A stretch of DNA of 64,000 nucleotides from Rebecca billardiae RCC1528 (taxonomy: Eukaryota > Protista > Haptophyta), in contig OZ251222.1 in NCBI GenBank assembly GCA_965240325.2, positions 1,798,001 to 1,862,000 of the forward strand, in the 5' to 3' direction. Position numbers and translations under genes: made by a program. Positions 47,911 through 58,765 of this stretch are shown piece after piece (position 1 is the first letter of the stretch; each line of letters opens with the position of its first letter). The notes beneath the pieces are model-generated. The model saw nothing but the letters and a program-made list of their open reading frames with translations, had not been told where the DNA came from and searched no databases.

Positions 47911-50346
47911 TCAATCGTCAATAAGCAAACGCCGCCGAGGATCGTCCAGTGCCAGTGGGAGAACGACCCTTCGTGCAGTGACGACAGGAACGGGGATCGC
48001 TTCGGACTGACCCACTGACGTTATTGGAGCTGCTCGCCTGGCAATGCCACCAAGGGCAAGGGCGACACAAGCCCAGGGCTGAGCAGGATCGGCTTGACTC
48101 GTCCGTGTGCACGACTGCTGCTGTGGTCCCAGGTCCTGCTCGGAGTCGGCACCAATGAGAACGTCGTTACTGTGTATGACCCCGTCAGGTGAGCGCCAGA
48201 GCACGACTTGGACTGCGACCAGTGGCGGCGGCAGCGGCGAATGTTGCTGCAGCTGTGACTGCTGCTGTGCAGTGGCGTCACCGCGTGCAGCAGCTGCTCT
48301 GAGGTCGGTGTGCTTCCGCTGTCGCTTGGCAGTGCGCATGGCCATGGGCTGGCAGCCTGCTGCTGCAAGCCTGCACTTGCGCACTCTGAGCTCATGTCTG
48401 GAGACCATGCCGGCCAGCTTGTGCTCAGCGCACCGACTGGCGCGCGCGTCGCCTGGCATGCCGTATGATGGCTGCTTCGCGCAGCCGGCATGATCGCACT
48501 TGGGGCTCACTACATTGACCATGCCGGCCAGCTTGTGCTCAGCGCATCGACTGGCGTGCGCGTCGCCTGGCATGCCGTATGATGGCCACGTCGCGCAGCC
48601 GGCATGCTCGCACCTGCGGCTCACCACGTTGACCATGCCGGCCAGCTTGTGCTCAGCACATCGACTGGCGCGCGCGTCGCCCGGCATGCCGTATAATGGC
48701 TGCTTCGCGCAGCCGGCATGCTCGCACTTGCGGTGCTGCACATCGACCATGCCGGCCAGCTTGTGCTCAGCGCATCGACTGGCGCGCGCGTCGCCCGGCA
48801 TGCCGTATGATGGCACCTTCGCGCAGCCGGCATGATCGCACTTGGAGTTCTTCACATCGACCATGCCGGCCAGCTTGTGCTCAGCGCACCGACTGGCGCG
48901 CGCGTCGTCCGGCATGCCGTATGATGGCCACGTCGCGCAGCCGGCATGCTCGCACTTGCGGTGCTGCACATCGACCATGCCGGCCAGCTTGTGCTCAGCG
49001 CACCGACTGGCGCGCGCGTCGCCCGGCATGCCGTATGATGGCCGCGTCGCGCAGCCGGCATGCTCGCACCTGCGGCTCACCACGTCGACCATGCCGGCCA
49101 GCTTGTGCTCAGCGCACCGACTGGCGCGCGCGTCGCCCGGCATGCCGTATGATGGCTGCTTCGCGCAGCCGGCATGATCGCACTTGGGGCTCACTACATT
49201 GACCATGCCGGCCAGCTTGTGCTCAGCGCATCGACTGGCGTGCGCGTCGCCTGGCATGCCGTATGATGGCCACGTCGCGCAGCCGGCATGCTCGCACCTG
49301 CGGCTCACCACGTTGACCATGCCGGCCAGCTTGTGCTCAGCACATCGACTGGCGCGCGCGTCGCCCGGCATGCCGTATAATGGCCGCGTCGCGCAGCCGG
49401 CATGCTCGCACTTGCGGCTCACCACGTTGACCATGCCGGCCAGCTTGTGCTCAGCACATCGACTGGCGCGCGCGTCGCCCGGCATGCCGTATGATGGCTG
49501 CTTCGCGCAGCCGGCATGATCGCACTTGGGATGCTTCACATTGACCATGCCGGCCAGCTTGTGCTCAGCACACCGACTGGCGCGCGCGTCGCCCGGCATG
49601 CCGTATGATGGCTGCTTCGCGCAGCCGGCATGATCGCACTTGGGTCTCACTACATTGACCATGCCGGCCAGCTTGTGCTCAGCGCATCGACTGGCGCGCG
49701 CGTCGCCCGGCATGCCGTATGATGACTTCGTTGCGCAGCCGGCATGATCGCACTTGGAGTTCTTCACATCGACCATGCCGGCCAGCTTGTGCTCAGCACA
49801 CCGACTGGCGCGCGCGTCGCCCGGCATGCCGTATGATGGCTGCTTCGCGCAGCCGGCATGCTCGCACCTGCGGCTCACCACGTTGACCATGCCGGCCAGC
49901 TTGTGCTCAGCGCACCGACTGGCGCGCGCGTCGCCCGGCATGCCGTATGATGGCCGCGTCGCGCAGCCGGCATGATCGCACTTGCGGTGCTGCACATTGA
50001 CCATGCCGGCCAGCTTGTGCTCAGCGCACCGACTGGCGCGCGCGTCGCCCGGCATGCCGTATGATGGCATCTTCGCGCAGCCGGCATGCTCGCACTTGCG
50101 GTGCTTCACATTGACCATGCCGGCCAGCTTGTGCTCAGCGCACCGACTGGCGCGCGCGTCGCCCGGCATGCCGTATGATGGCACCTTCGCGCAGCCGGCA
50201 TGATCGCACTTGGGGCTCACTACATTGACCATGCCGGCCAGCTTGTGCTCAGCACACCGACTGGCGCGCGCGTCGCCCGGCATGCCGTATGATGGCACCT
50301 TCGCGCAGCCGGCATGATCGCACTTGGGGTGCTGCACTTCAACCAT
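47911..50346 (-). CDS. EsV-1-7 Cys-rich repeat protein: 17 x 38-aa C-x4-C-x16-C-x2-H-x12 modules plus basic, Q/P-rich tail
   Basis: Intact 811-codon ORF with a 114-bp tandem unit (~48400-50346). The spacing matches the EsV-1-7 motif of Ectocarpus IMMEDIATE UPRIGHT and virus EsV-1. KRQRK is a candidate NLS. Confidence 0.88.
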   Translation of the reverse strand: MVEVQHPKCDHAGCAKVPSYGMPGDARASRCAEHKLAGMVNVVSPKCDHAGCAKVPSYGMPGDARASRCAEHKLAGMVNVKHRKCEHAGCAKMPSYGMPGDARASRCAEHKLAGMVNVQHRKCDHAGCATRPSYGMPGDARASRCAEHKLAGMVNVVSRRCEHAGCAKQPSYGMPGDARASRCAEHKLAGMVDVKNSKCDHAGCATKSSYGMPGDARASRCAEHKLAGMVNVVRPKCDHAGCAKQPSYGMPGDARASRCAEHKLAGMVNVKHPKCDHAGCAKQPSYGMPGDARASRCAEHKLAGMVNVVSRKCEHAGCATRPLYGMPGDARASRCAEHKLAGMVNVVSRRCEHAGCATWPSYGMPGDAHASRCAEHKLAGMVNVVSPKCDHAGCAKQPSYGMPGDARASRCAEHKLAGMVDVVSRRCEHAGCATRPSYGMPGDARASRCAEHKLAGMVDVQHRKCEHAGCATWPSYGMPDDARASRCAEHKLAGMVDVKNSKCDHAGCAKVPSYGMPGDARASRCAEHKLAGMVDVQHRKCEHAGCAKQPLYGMPGDARASRCAEHKLAGMVNVVSRRCEHAGCATWPSYGMPGDAHASRCAEHKLAGMVNVVSPKCDHAGCAKQPSYGMPGDARASRCAEHKLAGMVSRHELRVRKCRLAAAGCQPMAMRTAKRQRKHTDLRAAAARGDATAQQQSQLQQHSPLPPPLVAVQVVLWRSPDGVIHSNDVLIGADSEQDLGPQQQSCTRTSQADPAQPWACVALALGGIARRAAPITSVGQSEAIPVPVVTARRVVLPLALDDPRRRLLIDD

Positions 50347-50581
50347 GGCGCCTGATGAGTCAAGCTGATCGGACTCGGCGTGCTGAGCGGAGTGTCAATC
50401 AGATGAACCACGATGAAGCCTCAGCTACACTGTGTTGAGTGTGCGGCCACTGTACTACCGTCGAGCAGGATTGATCGCGTGATGGGCTTCAAATTGCGCA
50501 CATGCCCAGAGCCGCAGCCGCAGCCGGGGCGCCGCATCAGCCGAAGGCGAGGCTTCGCGGCGCCGCCCACCGGCGCGCGCC

Positions 50582-52714
50582 TCACCGGTGAGACTGAGAC
50601 GTTGCCGCGGTGTTCACCTCCTCGAGGCTCGACAGCATCCACTCGAGCGTGCGCTGCGAGTGCCGCAGCTCGACGGACTTGCGCGCAGGCGGGCACGCGC
50701 ACAGCGTCTCGTGCGCGTGGTTCAGGCAGATCACGCCCCCGTCGCGGCACGTGTTGCACCGGATGGCAGAGAAGTAGCACAGGTGCTTGCACGCAACGCA
50801 CGACGCGCACAGCTCGCCCTCGTCGTCGTCGTCGCCGACATGCGGCTCTGCGTCGAGCTCGTCCGCGCCGCGGCTGCCGCCGGCCACGTTCGCACGCGCG
50901 CTCGCGCGATGGCGCCCCGTCACGTCGACCTCGCCGGCGACGCCGGCACGCGCCGCAGCGACTCGCAGCTTGATCTGCGCACGCGCGCGAGGGGGGCCGG
51001 GTTGCGCGGCTCAGCCGCAGGCGCGGCGCGGCCGCATGCACGCGCGCGCGCTGCGGGCGCGGCGCGGCGCGGGCGCGTGCGCTCGCACCTCGGCGCGCAC
51101 GACCTGCTCGAAGGGATGGTACAGGTGCGTCACGAGCTGCCGCGCGTGCGCGTCGTCCGGCGCCGCCGCGACGCACTGCTTTGCCAGCTCCCACACCAGT
51201 CGTTCGTAGGAGAAGACGCATGCGCGGCGCGCGGTGCGCGCCGCACGGCTCGCTGCCAGGCCGTGCGGCAGCCAGTCGGCCGGGGCGAGGTTGACGGCCT
51301 CGGCGACGTTGAAGCCGTGCGAGAAGCCCGCGTGGTACGCGCGCGGGAACGTCACGACGATCTCGCCCGCGCTCTGCTCCGTCGCGAAGACGGGCACGCC
51401 GGCCGCGGCCAGCTCGCTCGGCGGCACCAGCGCGACGAGATCATAGAGCAGATCGGGGGTGCGCAGGTAGAGCGTCGGCGCGAGCTCGCGCACCGCGCGC
51501 TCGAACTGCTCGGCGGCGCGCGCGGGCACGCCGTACCACGACTTGGGCGCGCCCGTGTGCAGCGTGTTCAGCGAGTACAGGTGCAGGTCCTCCACGTGCC
51601 ACGCGAACGCGCCGAAGAGCGAGCCGACGTACAGCCACGGCGTGGTCACGCCCGAGATCGCGCGGCACACGGACGGGAGGAGCACAGAGGCGGGCGCGTC
51701 GGTGAGCTCGGAGAGCTCCCACGGGGAGCGCTCGGCCGCGGTGGCGCTCGCCGAGCGCGCCGACGAGCCGCCGTGCACCGTCGAGTCCAGGTCGGCGCCG
51801 TACAGCACCTCGCGCGCGGGCTCGCCCGCGCCGACCGTCCGCCAGAAGGCACGTTCGCGCGCCTCGTTGGTGGCGTGCTCGAGGCCCGCGCACGACTCGG
51901 CCTCGAGCTCGGCGGCGCGCGCGACGAACTCGCGCAGCGTGAGCGGCGCGTGCATGTCGAACGGCCGCGCCTCCTGCAGCTGGTGGATCCGCATCACGCG
52001 CGGCTGGAAGCGCACGTCGGGCCGGACGAGCTGCGTGGCGCGCTCGTACACGGCGCGAGCCGCCGCGTTCGAGGTGCCGCGGAAGCGCGCGGGCGGCACG
52101 ATGCGCGCGATGCCGTACGCCTCGGCCGCCGGGCGCAGCTGGCGGATGTACGCGAGCGGGTCCGCGAACTCCTCATCCGTCGGCCAGAAGCACGGCGCCT
52201 CGCGCACGCCGTGGCGCGGCGGGAGCATCTGCTGAATTCGGCGCGAGTTCTCGAGTGCACGCCGCAGCGCGGTGATCTCGTGCGTCGACATGGGCTCGTC
52301 AGCGTCGGCGGGGCGACGCTGCGCGCGCGCGCGCCCGGAGCGGCTTGTCGTGTTCGCTGCGCCCGGCACGGGGCCGCCGCCCGCGGCGTCGTGCGCGTCG
52401 TGCGAGCTCGTCACGCTCGAGAGGATGCATGTGCGCTGGAGGTCCCACGCGGCGAGGTCCTGCGCCGCGCGGCCGATCAGGCTCGTCGCCTCACGCTCCA
52501 GGGTCGCCGTCGGCCCGCGCGTGCGCTTGGGCGCTGGCTGGTCCACTGCCACAGCCGCCGGTGCCGCGCGGGGGGCCGCGGCAGCCGTCGCCGCCTTCTT
52601 GGCCGCCTTGGGCTTGCGAGATGAGCCCGGTCGCACCTTGGCGCATGCCGCGCACTTCTTGGCGCGCGACTTGTTGATCAAGGTGCACCGCGAGCACGCC
52701 CAGGTGTCTGACAT
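50582..52714 (-). CDS. KDM5/JARID1-like JmjC histone demethylase (RanBP2 ZnF, JmjN, JmjC, C5HC2 ZnF); intron 50975-51088
   Basis: WACSRCTLIN..CAAC; APCFWPTDEEFADPLAYI; FAWHVED...KSWY...AYHAGFSHGFNVAEAVN with Fe ligands intact; CVACKHLCYFSAIRC..CLNH..CAC. Confidence 0.92.
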
Positions 52715-53169
52715 CTCGGCCGGCGGCAGCGTCGCGCGTGCGCCTCGAGCTCGCGGAAGCTGCGCCTCGAACTCACGTCCTCGGGACGCGCCGGAGCCGG
52801 CGGGCTGCGGGGGCGGCCAGCGTGATGTGCGGAGCTTTCGCCTGATCGTGACCAGCTTCAGCGGGGAAGCCGCGCCCAGCCGGAGCGGAGCCAGCCCGCG
52901 TGGCAGGCTGCAGTGTTCGGCCCCCGGCGGCCGCGGGAACACACGCAATCTCGATGATGTAGATTATTGAGATAGAACCTGCATGCTCTGCGGTTGAGGG
53001 GTTTATGAATACGGAACCGCTTTACCCAATACGAAAAGCAGCGCTCAGCTTATGATACTCGCCGTATTCATCTTGCGCAAGACAAAGGGGTTCGAAGCGC
53101 CAACAAGGGAATAGCCGTATGGGGGTAAACGGCTATTACCAGCTGTACTATGTGCCTCGGTAGGCGCCA

Positions 53170-54174
53170 ATGGCCGGGCCCCACCTGGCGAGGACAGCCC
53201 GCGTCGGTCGCCTCCTGCTCCTCAGCACGGCATTCGCAGCTTGTGGGACAATTGGCACGTGCGCGATTGTGGCCACCGCGCACGGAGACCTTCCCGCCTG
53301 GGTCCTCCTGCCACGCATCTCGCACTTGGGGTGCGTGCCGCCAGCCCGATACTTCTTCCAACTCGGGTTCGGTGCGACGGGCGCGCTGCTCGCGGCGAGC
53401 GTGCGCGTGTGGGCAGCGTGCCTCTTGGCTCACACCGAGCCAAAGGTGCACCGGCTCGTGCGCACGGCGGCCAATCTCGCGCACGCGAGCGCGATCGGCC
53501 TGGCCGCTCTCGGCCTGTGCCCGATGCAGCGCGATTGCTTCGCGCTTGAAGCTGGCGAGGCACCGCTCGCGTGGCCGTCGGTCGTGCACGCTCTGGGCTC
53601 AACCGCCTTCTTCGGGTGTGGCTGGGCGCATGGCTTCGTGTCCGCGCGCGCCTACGCGCATTCGCAGGCGCCAGCAGTGCGCCTCATCGTTGAGCGTCGG
53701 CTTCCGGCCGCGCGCGCGATCAGTGTCGGCGTGCAGCTCACATCGCTGGCCACCATGCTTGCGGCCTGCGCCTGGCTTCGGCGCGCGCGCGGCGGGGTAC
53801 TGCCGAGCACCTTTCTTGCGCTTGATGCGACCAACCAGTACCTCTCCGTCTTACTGCAGCTGGGCCTCTACCTTTCGTACACCATCGATCTGGCATGGCT
53901 CGGGAGGCTGCTGCCGCAGGCTGCATCTGACGCGTCTTCAAGCCGCGCACTGGCGCTGCAGCCCCAAGGCAGCCCGGCAGCGGCGCCAGCGCCACTCGAA
54001 GCGGCAAGCGACCTATGCGAGCGGCAGCAACCGGCTACTTCCTCTGTGGAGCGCGGCGCAGCTGCCCGGGGCAGTGGACCCGCCTGCGAATCCTCCGAGT
54101 CCGATACTGTGCGCTTGCTTGCCGATGGCGACAGGCTGCGTTACTATGGTGCCGGCGGGCCATCGGCATCATGA
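53170..54174 (+). CDS. Frag1/DRAM/TMEM150-like multi-pass membrane protein
   Basis: About six hydrophobic helices. LPRISHLGCVPPARYFF resembles the family P-x-ISxxG-xx-PP motif, and the His of VVHALG is in the expected position. Confidence 0.65.
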   Translation: MAGPHLARTARVGRLLLLSTAFAACGTIGTCAIVATAHGDLPAWVLLPRISHLGCVPPARYFFQLGFGATGALLAASVRVWAACLLAHTEPKVHRLVRTAANLAHASAIGLAALGLCPMQRDCFALEAGEAPLAWPSVVHALGSTAFFGCGWAHGFVSARAYAHSQAPAVRLIVERRLPAARAISVGVQLTSLATMLAACAWLRRARGGVLPSTFLALDATNQYLSVLLQLGLYLSYTIDLAWLGRLLPQAASDASSSRALALQPQGSPAAAPAPLEAASDLCERQQPATSSVERGAAARGSGPACESSESDTVRLLADGDRLRYYGAGGPSAS

Positions 54175-54670
54175 CTGCTACAACGTCGGCGCAGTAGTGC
54201 GTCACTGATGTGTCAGCAGCCGCCTATTTCCTCGAGTTATCGTCGATAGCGCAGGCTCACTAGCTCGCCACGACATTAGTCATCAGGCAGATAAATAAAC
54301 GGCGCAGCAGCCACTACGCGCCCCTCACCTGCCTGCGCCGGTCTAATTTTGTGGCGCGCTGTCTTTGTGCAGTGACAGTGTTATATTGGATGGCGTCAAT
54401 CACGCCTTATTAACCAAGTGTGCACATTAAATCATAGTAAACTGTAGCTAGCCGTCCGCAGCCCCTCGGGACTTCAATTTTAACATCAAGGCCATCACTA
54501 ATCACACCGCGCCGCCATCGGCATCGTCGGACAATTGCAGGCATGAGCCGCCGCGCCGCGAGCTGTATGTATCCATCCTCGGGACTCAGGACGAAAGTTG
54601 TCGGCGAAAGCAGTGGATCGTCAGTAGAGACCATGAGGTCGAGTTCGGTGTCGCAGCACTGGCGCACAGC

Positions 54671-55288
54671 TCATCCCAAGAGACGCCCGAAGAAGAAGCG
54701 GACCGTGCGGAGCACGATCAAGTCGACGCGCGCGTGCACAAACTGGTGGAGCTTCAGCACAAGCGCATGGGCAGAGAGCACGAGCGCGAGCGGGCTGCCC
54801 GCAGCGGGGGGCGCGGCGTCGGCCAGCCGCTCGCGGATGACGCCGGCCATCTCTGCAGCCTCTTCTTTGCCGATCATCTCCTTCCGCGCTGGCCCCAGCT
54901 TGACCAGCCCGTCGCCCTTGGTGCGCGGGATCAGATGGAAGTGCACGTGAAACACCTCCTGGCCCGCTGACGCGCCGTTGTTTTGCACGATGTTGACGCC
55001 CTCGGCGCCGGTCGCCTCCATGATCGCGCGCACGAGGCGTGGGAGCTCCTTCAGGACGTCAGACGCCACGTCTTCGGGCATGTCTGCCAGCGTGGGGAAG
55101 CCGCCCTGTCGAGGCAGCAGCAGCGTGTGCCCGGCGACGACCGGAAACGCATCGAGGATGGCGATGGCGTGCGGCGTCTCCAGGACCTTCGCAGACGGGA
55201 TGTCCCCACGGATGATCTTGGCAAAGATATTCTCCGGGTCGTACGCGATGCCGGACGCCCCGGGTGAGGAGCTCGTGCTGCCTGCCAT
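54671..55288 (-). CDS. HIT-family (HINT) nucleotide hydrolase
   Basis: NIFAKIIRGDIP, GHTLLLP and NNGASAGQEVFHVHFHLIP histidine triad. Confidence 0.93.
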   Translation of the reverse strand: MAGSTSSSPGASGIAYDPENIFAKIIRGDIPSAKVLETPHAIAILDAFPVVAGHTLLLPRQGGFPTLADMPEDVASDVLKELPRLVRAIMEATGAEGVNIVQNNGASAGQEVFHVHFHLIPRTKGDGLVKLGPARKEMIGKEEAAEMAGVIRERLADAAPPAAGSPLALVLSAHALVLKLHQFVHARVDLIVLRTVRFFFGRLLG

Positions 55289-55560
55289 CGGCGAAATCAA
55301 GGCCCGGCCGGCGCGCGCGGTCGTCGTGATCTTGGTCCTTTTTCGGTCGAGAGCCCGCCGTCCACCTCGCGCCCAGTCGGGCCGGATCGAGACACGATCT
55401 CACACGATCTCACGATGGCGGACCCCTCCACCCCTACACGCCATCGCCATCAGCACCGCTATCGATGCCATCTGCCAGTCAAGTCTAGTGTCTGCCTCAC
55501 GGATGACGAGAGCGCCTCCTCATGAGAGTGCGCGGCGGCGCGCTTCGACGGCCCGTCGCG

Positions 55561-57899
55561 TCACTCGCCTTGGAAGTCTGCGCGCACGCGGACGAAGCAG
55601 ATGATGATCTCGGTGCCGCGCGAGCGCTCGGCCAGGAGCTCGCGCCGCTGCTGCATGCGTGTGCGCGCGGCGCGTGCGCGTTCCTCCGCGATTGCGCGCA
55701 CGTCGAACGGCCGCCGGCACTTGCGCGAGCGGCACAGGGTGCCGATGAGCGGTGCGCGCGGGTTGTACGCCGCGCAGTGCGGGCAGCGCCACGAGCCCCA
55801 GGAGCTGTGCTTGCGCATGATGTCCTCAGCGATACGCGCCACCTCCTCGTCCCGGGCCGTGGCGTCTTCAAGCTGCGCGCCGTGCAGCTCGGCCGCGGCC
55901 GGCCCCGGGGGCGTCAGCATGGCTGCCAGGGCCTCCGCCGCGCGCGTGTCATTCGCGCCCGGCAGCAGCCGGTGCATCGAGATGAAGCATCGGTTGTACA
56001 CGAGCGCCTCCTGCGGACCGACGGCACGCGCGCGCAGCGTGTGAAGGTGTGATGGTGCGCGTCGTGAGCGTGCGCTGCGCGCGCGGCCCGTGCGGCGTAC
56101 GTGCACCGGCGGCGCGGCGCAGCGGCCTGTGCCGGGCGCCTGCGTACAGCCCCGGCGTCACGCGTGGGCGCGCACCCGCGCAGTGTTGCGCGTGCGCGCG
56201 CACGCGCGCCCGCGCGGACGCACCGTTGCTGTCCCGCTCAGCTTGTCCGGCCGGCCCGTTGTGGCGCAGATCATGCTGCCCAGCCTCAGACGGTGCTGCG
56301 CAAGCCGCGCGAGCACCTCCGCCGGCGCGCCCTCCCAGCTGCCCGTGCGCGAGCACACGCCCAGGATCTGGTCGTTGCGCAGCAGCGGCAGCAGGAGAGC
56401 GCGCGGCGCGCTGCGATCGGCGCGGAGCACGCATGACGGGTCCTGTAGCGCGAGCTCGAGCAGCGCGGCCGCGCGGTCCCGCGGCACGGCGACGAGGTGC
56501 TTCTGCGCCCACCAGGGCAACGGGCCGAGCCACGCCTGCGCGCTGCGCCACAGCCGCACCTCCGCGCGCTCGCTGTCCTGGAATTTCGAGCTCGGCTGCA
56601 GGTCAGCGATCGGGCGCGCGAGCGCGTCGCGAAGCGCCTGCGTCGAAAGAAGCGGCGGCAGCACGATGCCACCGACCGCGCCCACGCGGTGCGCGCCCGC
56701 GCCCGCCGAGGAGCCGCGCGCGCCGCCGCCCGCGCCGCCCTCGCCCGCCTCGAGCAGCAGCGCGATCCGCATCGGGCTGGGCAGGCACAGCTTCAGGTGG
56801 CGCCAGGCCGGAAGCGTCAGCCCGCACAGGAAGCGATACTCTCGTACGTGCGCGCCGCGCGCGCGCGCGTCGTCCAGCTGCAGAGCCCACCAGCTCTCCG
56901 CCTGCGACATGCTGCGCGGAGGGGCGTCGGCCGCGGCCGGGTCTGCCGCGCCGGGGCCCGGCTCGCGCTCGGCGTCCAGCGGCGCGTACTCTGCGGCGAG
57001 CACCGCGCCGCTGGCCGTGGCACGTGACGTGCTGTCGTGAGGCAGCAGCATGCGGAAGAGCGCTCCCGCCGGCGGCGCGGCGGCGGGTGGCGCGGGCGCC
57101 GCGGGCGTGTCGCCCGCGGCGCGCGGCTGGGCGATGGGGCCTCGCACACCGCGCGCCGCGTGCTCGGCGCCACCCAGCGTGGTCGCCACAGCGAGCACCG
57201 CCTGGTGCGTGCGCACGTGCAGCCAGAAACCGGCGGCGCGCTCGTCGCAGCCCGCGCGCTCCACGGCGAGCCTTCGGAGGGCGTCCGCGCGCGAAAAGGG
57301 CAGGCTCGCGTCCCCGCGCGCGACCACGACTTGCAGCCCGTCGCCGCGGGCGCCCGCCGGCGTCGGCGCTGCGCGCGCGCCGCCCGGCGCCTCGGGCTGC
57401 GCGGCGTCCGCCTCCCGGCGCCACAGCTCATGTCGGCTGTGCACGGTGAGGCCGTGGACGTAGATTCGCTCGCGCTCGACGTCTGCGGCGCGCTCGGCCG
57501 AGCACGCGACGAGCAGCTCGAGCAGCGGGCCCTGCGTCTGCACGCGCATCAGGATGGCTGCGGAGAGCAGCCGCGGCAGCGTCGACACGCCAGCCACGAG
57601 CCCGAGCTCGACGAGCGCAGCGTCGCCCTCGCGCGAGCGCAGCTCTTTCAACCACGTGCGGACTGCGTGGCGCGCGCGCGGCGTCAAAGCCTGCAGCATG
57701 CTCCTTCGTCCTTTGGGCCGGCCTGGCTTCCGCGAGTGCACGCTTGCTCCGTCCGCGCTCGGCCCGGCGTCATCGTGCTCGTCGAGGTAGGCGGGCACGT
57801 CGACGTCGGCCGCGCCATCCGAGTCGTCGACGTCTGCGAGGACGTCGGCAGCGGCAGCTGGGTCGTCGGCATGCTCGACCACATCGCCTGCATCGCCGT

Positions 57900-57958
<59 letters not shown>

Positions 57959-58733
57959 TCGTCGACGTCGACGTCGACGTCGACATCGATGTCGACACCG
58001 GCGATCGACGGAAAGGATGGCGTCGTCGCGCGAGCCGCGCCATCCTCGCCGCCGCCATCGGCCGAGGCCGGGCGAGGGCCTGTCTCCTCGGCGGGGTGGC
58101 CGCGATCGTTGGCACGCACAACCGACGCGTCCTTGGAGCACTTCCCACCGACGCCCTCCGACTGTGGCCGTTGCGAGCGGGCGGCGGCGGAGGGCGGCCC
58201 CGCTACAGTCTCGGCCTCGGGGTCGTGGTGCGGCGGCTCGGTCGCGAGGAGCGCGTCGCGCTCGGCGACGAGCAGCCGCACGAACGCCTCGACCGAGCAC
58301 GCGCGCAGCCGGCCAATGCTCGCAGCCAGGTTGAGCACCGCCGCCGGCCCCGACGCGGACAGCAGGTCCCCGCGGCAGAAGGCACCTAGCTCCTCCAGAG
58401 AGCGCGCGACGCCCGAGGCCACGCGCCGCTCGAGCGCGCACTCGGATGCGAGGAGCACGTACGTGGGCGGCGAGATCTGGTTCGTCCGGTGCGTGCGGCC
58501 CAGCGCCTGCACCACCCGCATCGCCGACGCTCCGAGCTCAGTAATAATGTGAACGCGCGGCTGGCGGTTGGGAGCGCGCGCGTCCGCGTGAAGAGATAGC
58601 CCTGTCGCGCCGGCCTCGGAGATGATGGCAATGCGCTTGGCACCCGCCTGGAACGCCTTGCACTCCACGTGGTTCACCGCCACCACATCGTACACCCGGA
58701 TCTCGTCCGACTCCGCATCCTGCGCAGTCTCGG

Positions 58734-58765
<32 letters not shown>

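Noticed and set aside
48260-48305. LRAAAARGDATAQ in the EsV-1-7 protein tail as a Sel1 repeat remnant
   Set aside because: It resembles AAEQGDATAQ but is too short and Ala-rich to support.
48400-50346. 114-bp repeat array read as a CRISPR-like array
   Set aside because: The units are contiguous and in-frame coding, with no unique spacers or cas genes, in a eukaryotic context.
50347-50586. JmjC-array fusion via the CG|GTGAG donor at the JmjC stop and the CAG just before the array ATG
   Set aside because: This donor/acceptor pair is out of frame and hits TGA almost immediately. Only the phase-0 pair listed in the findings is feasible.
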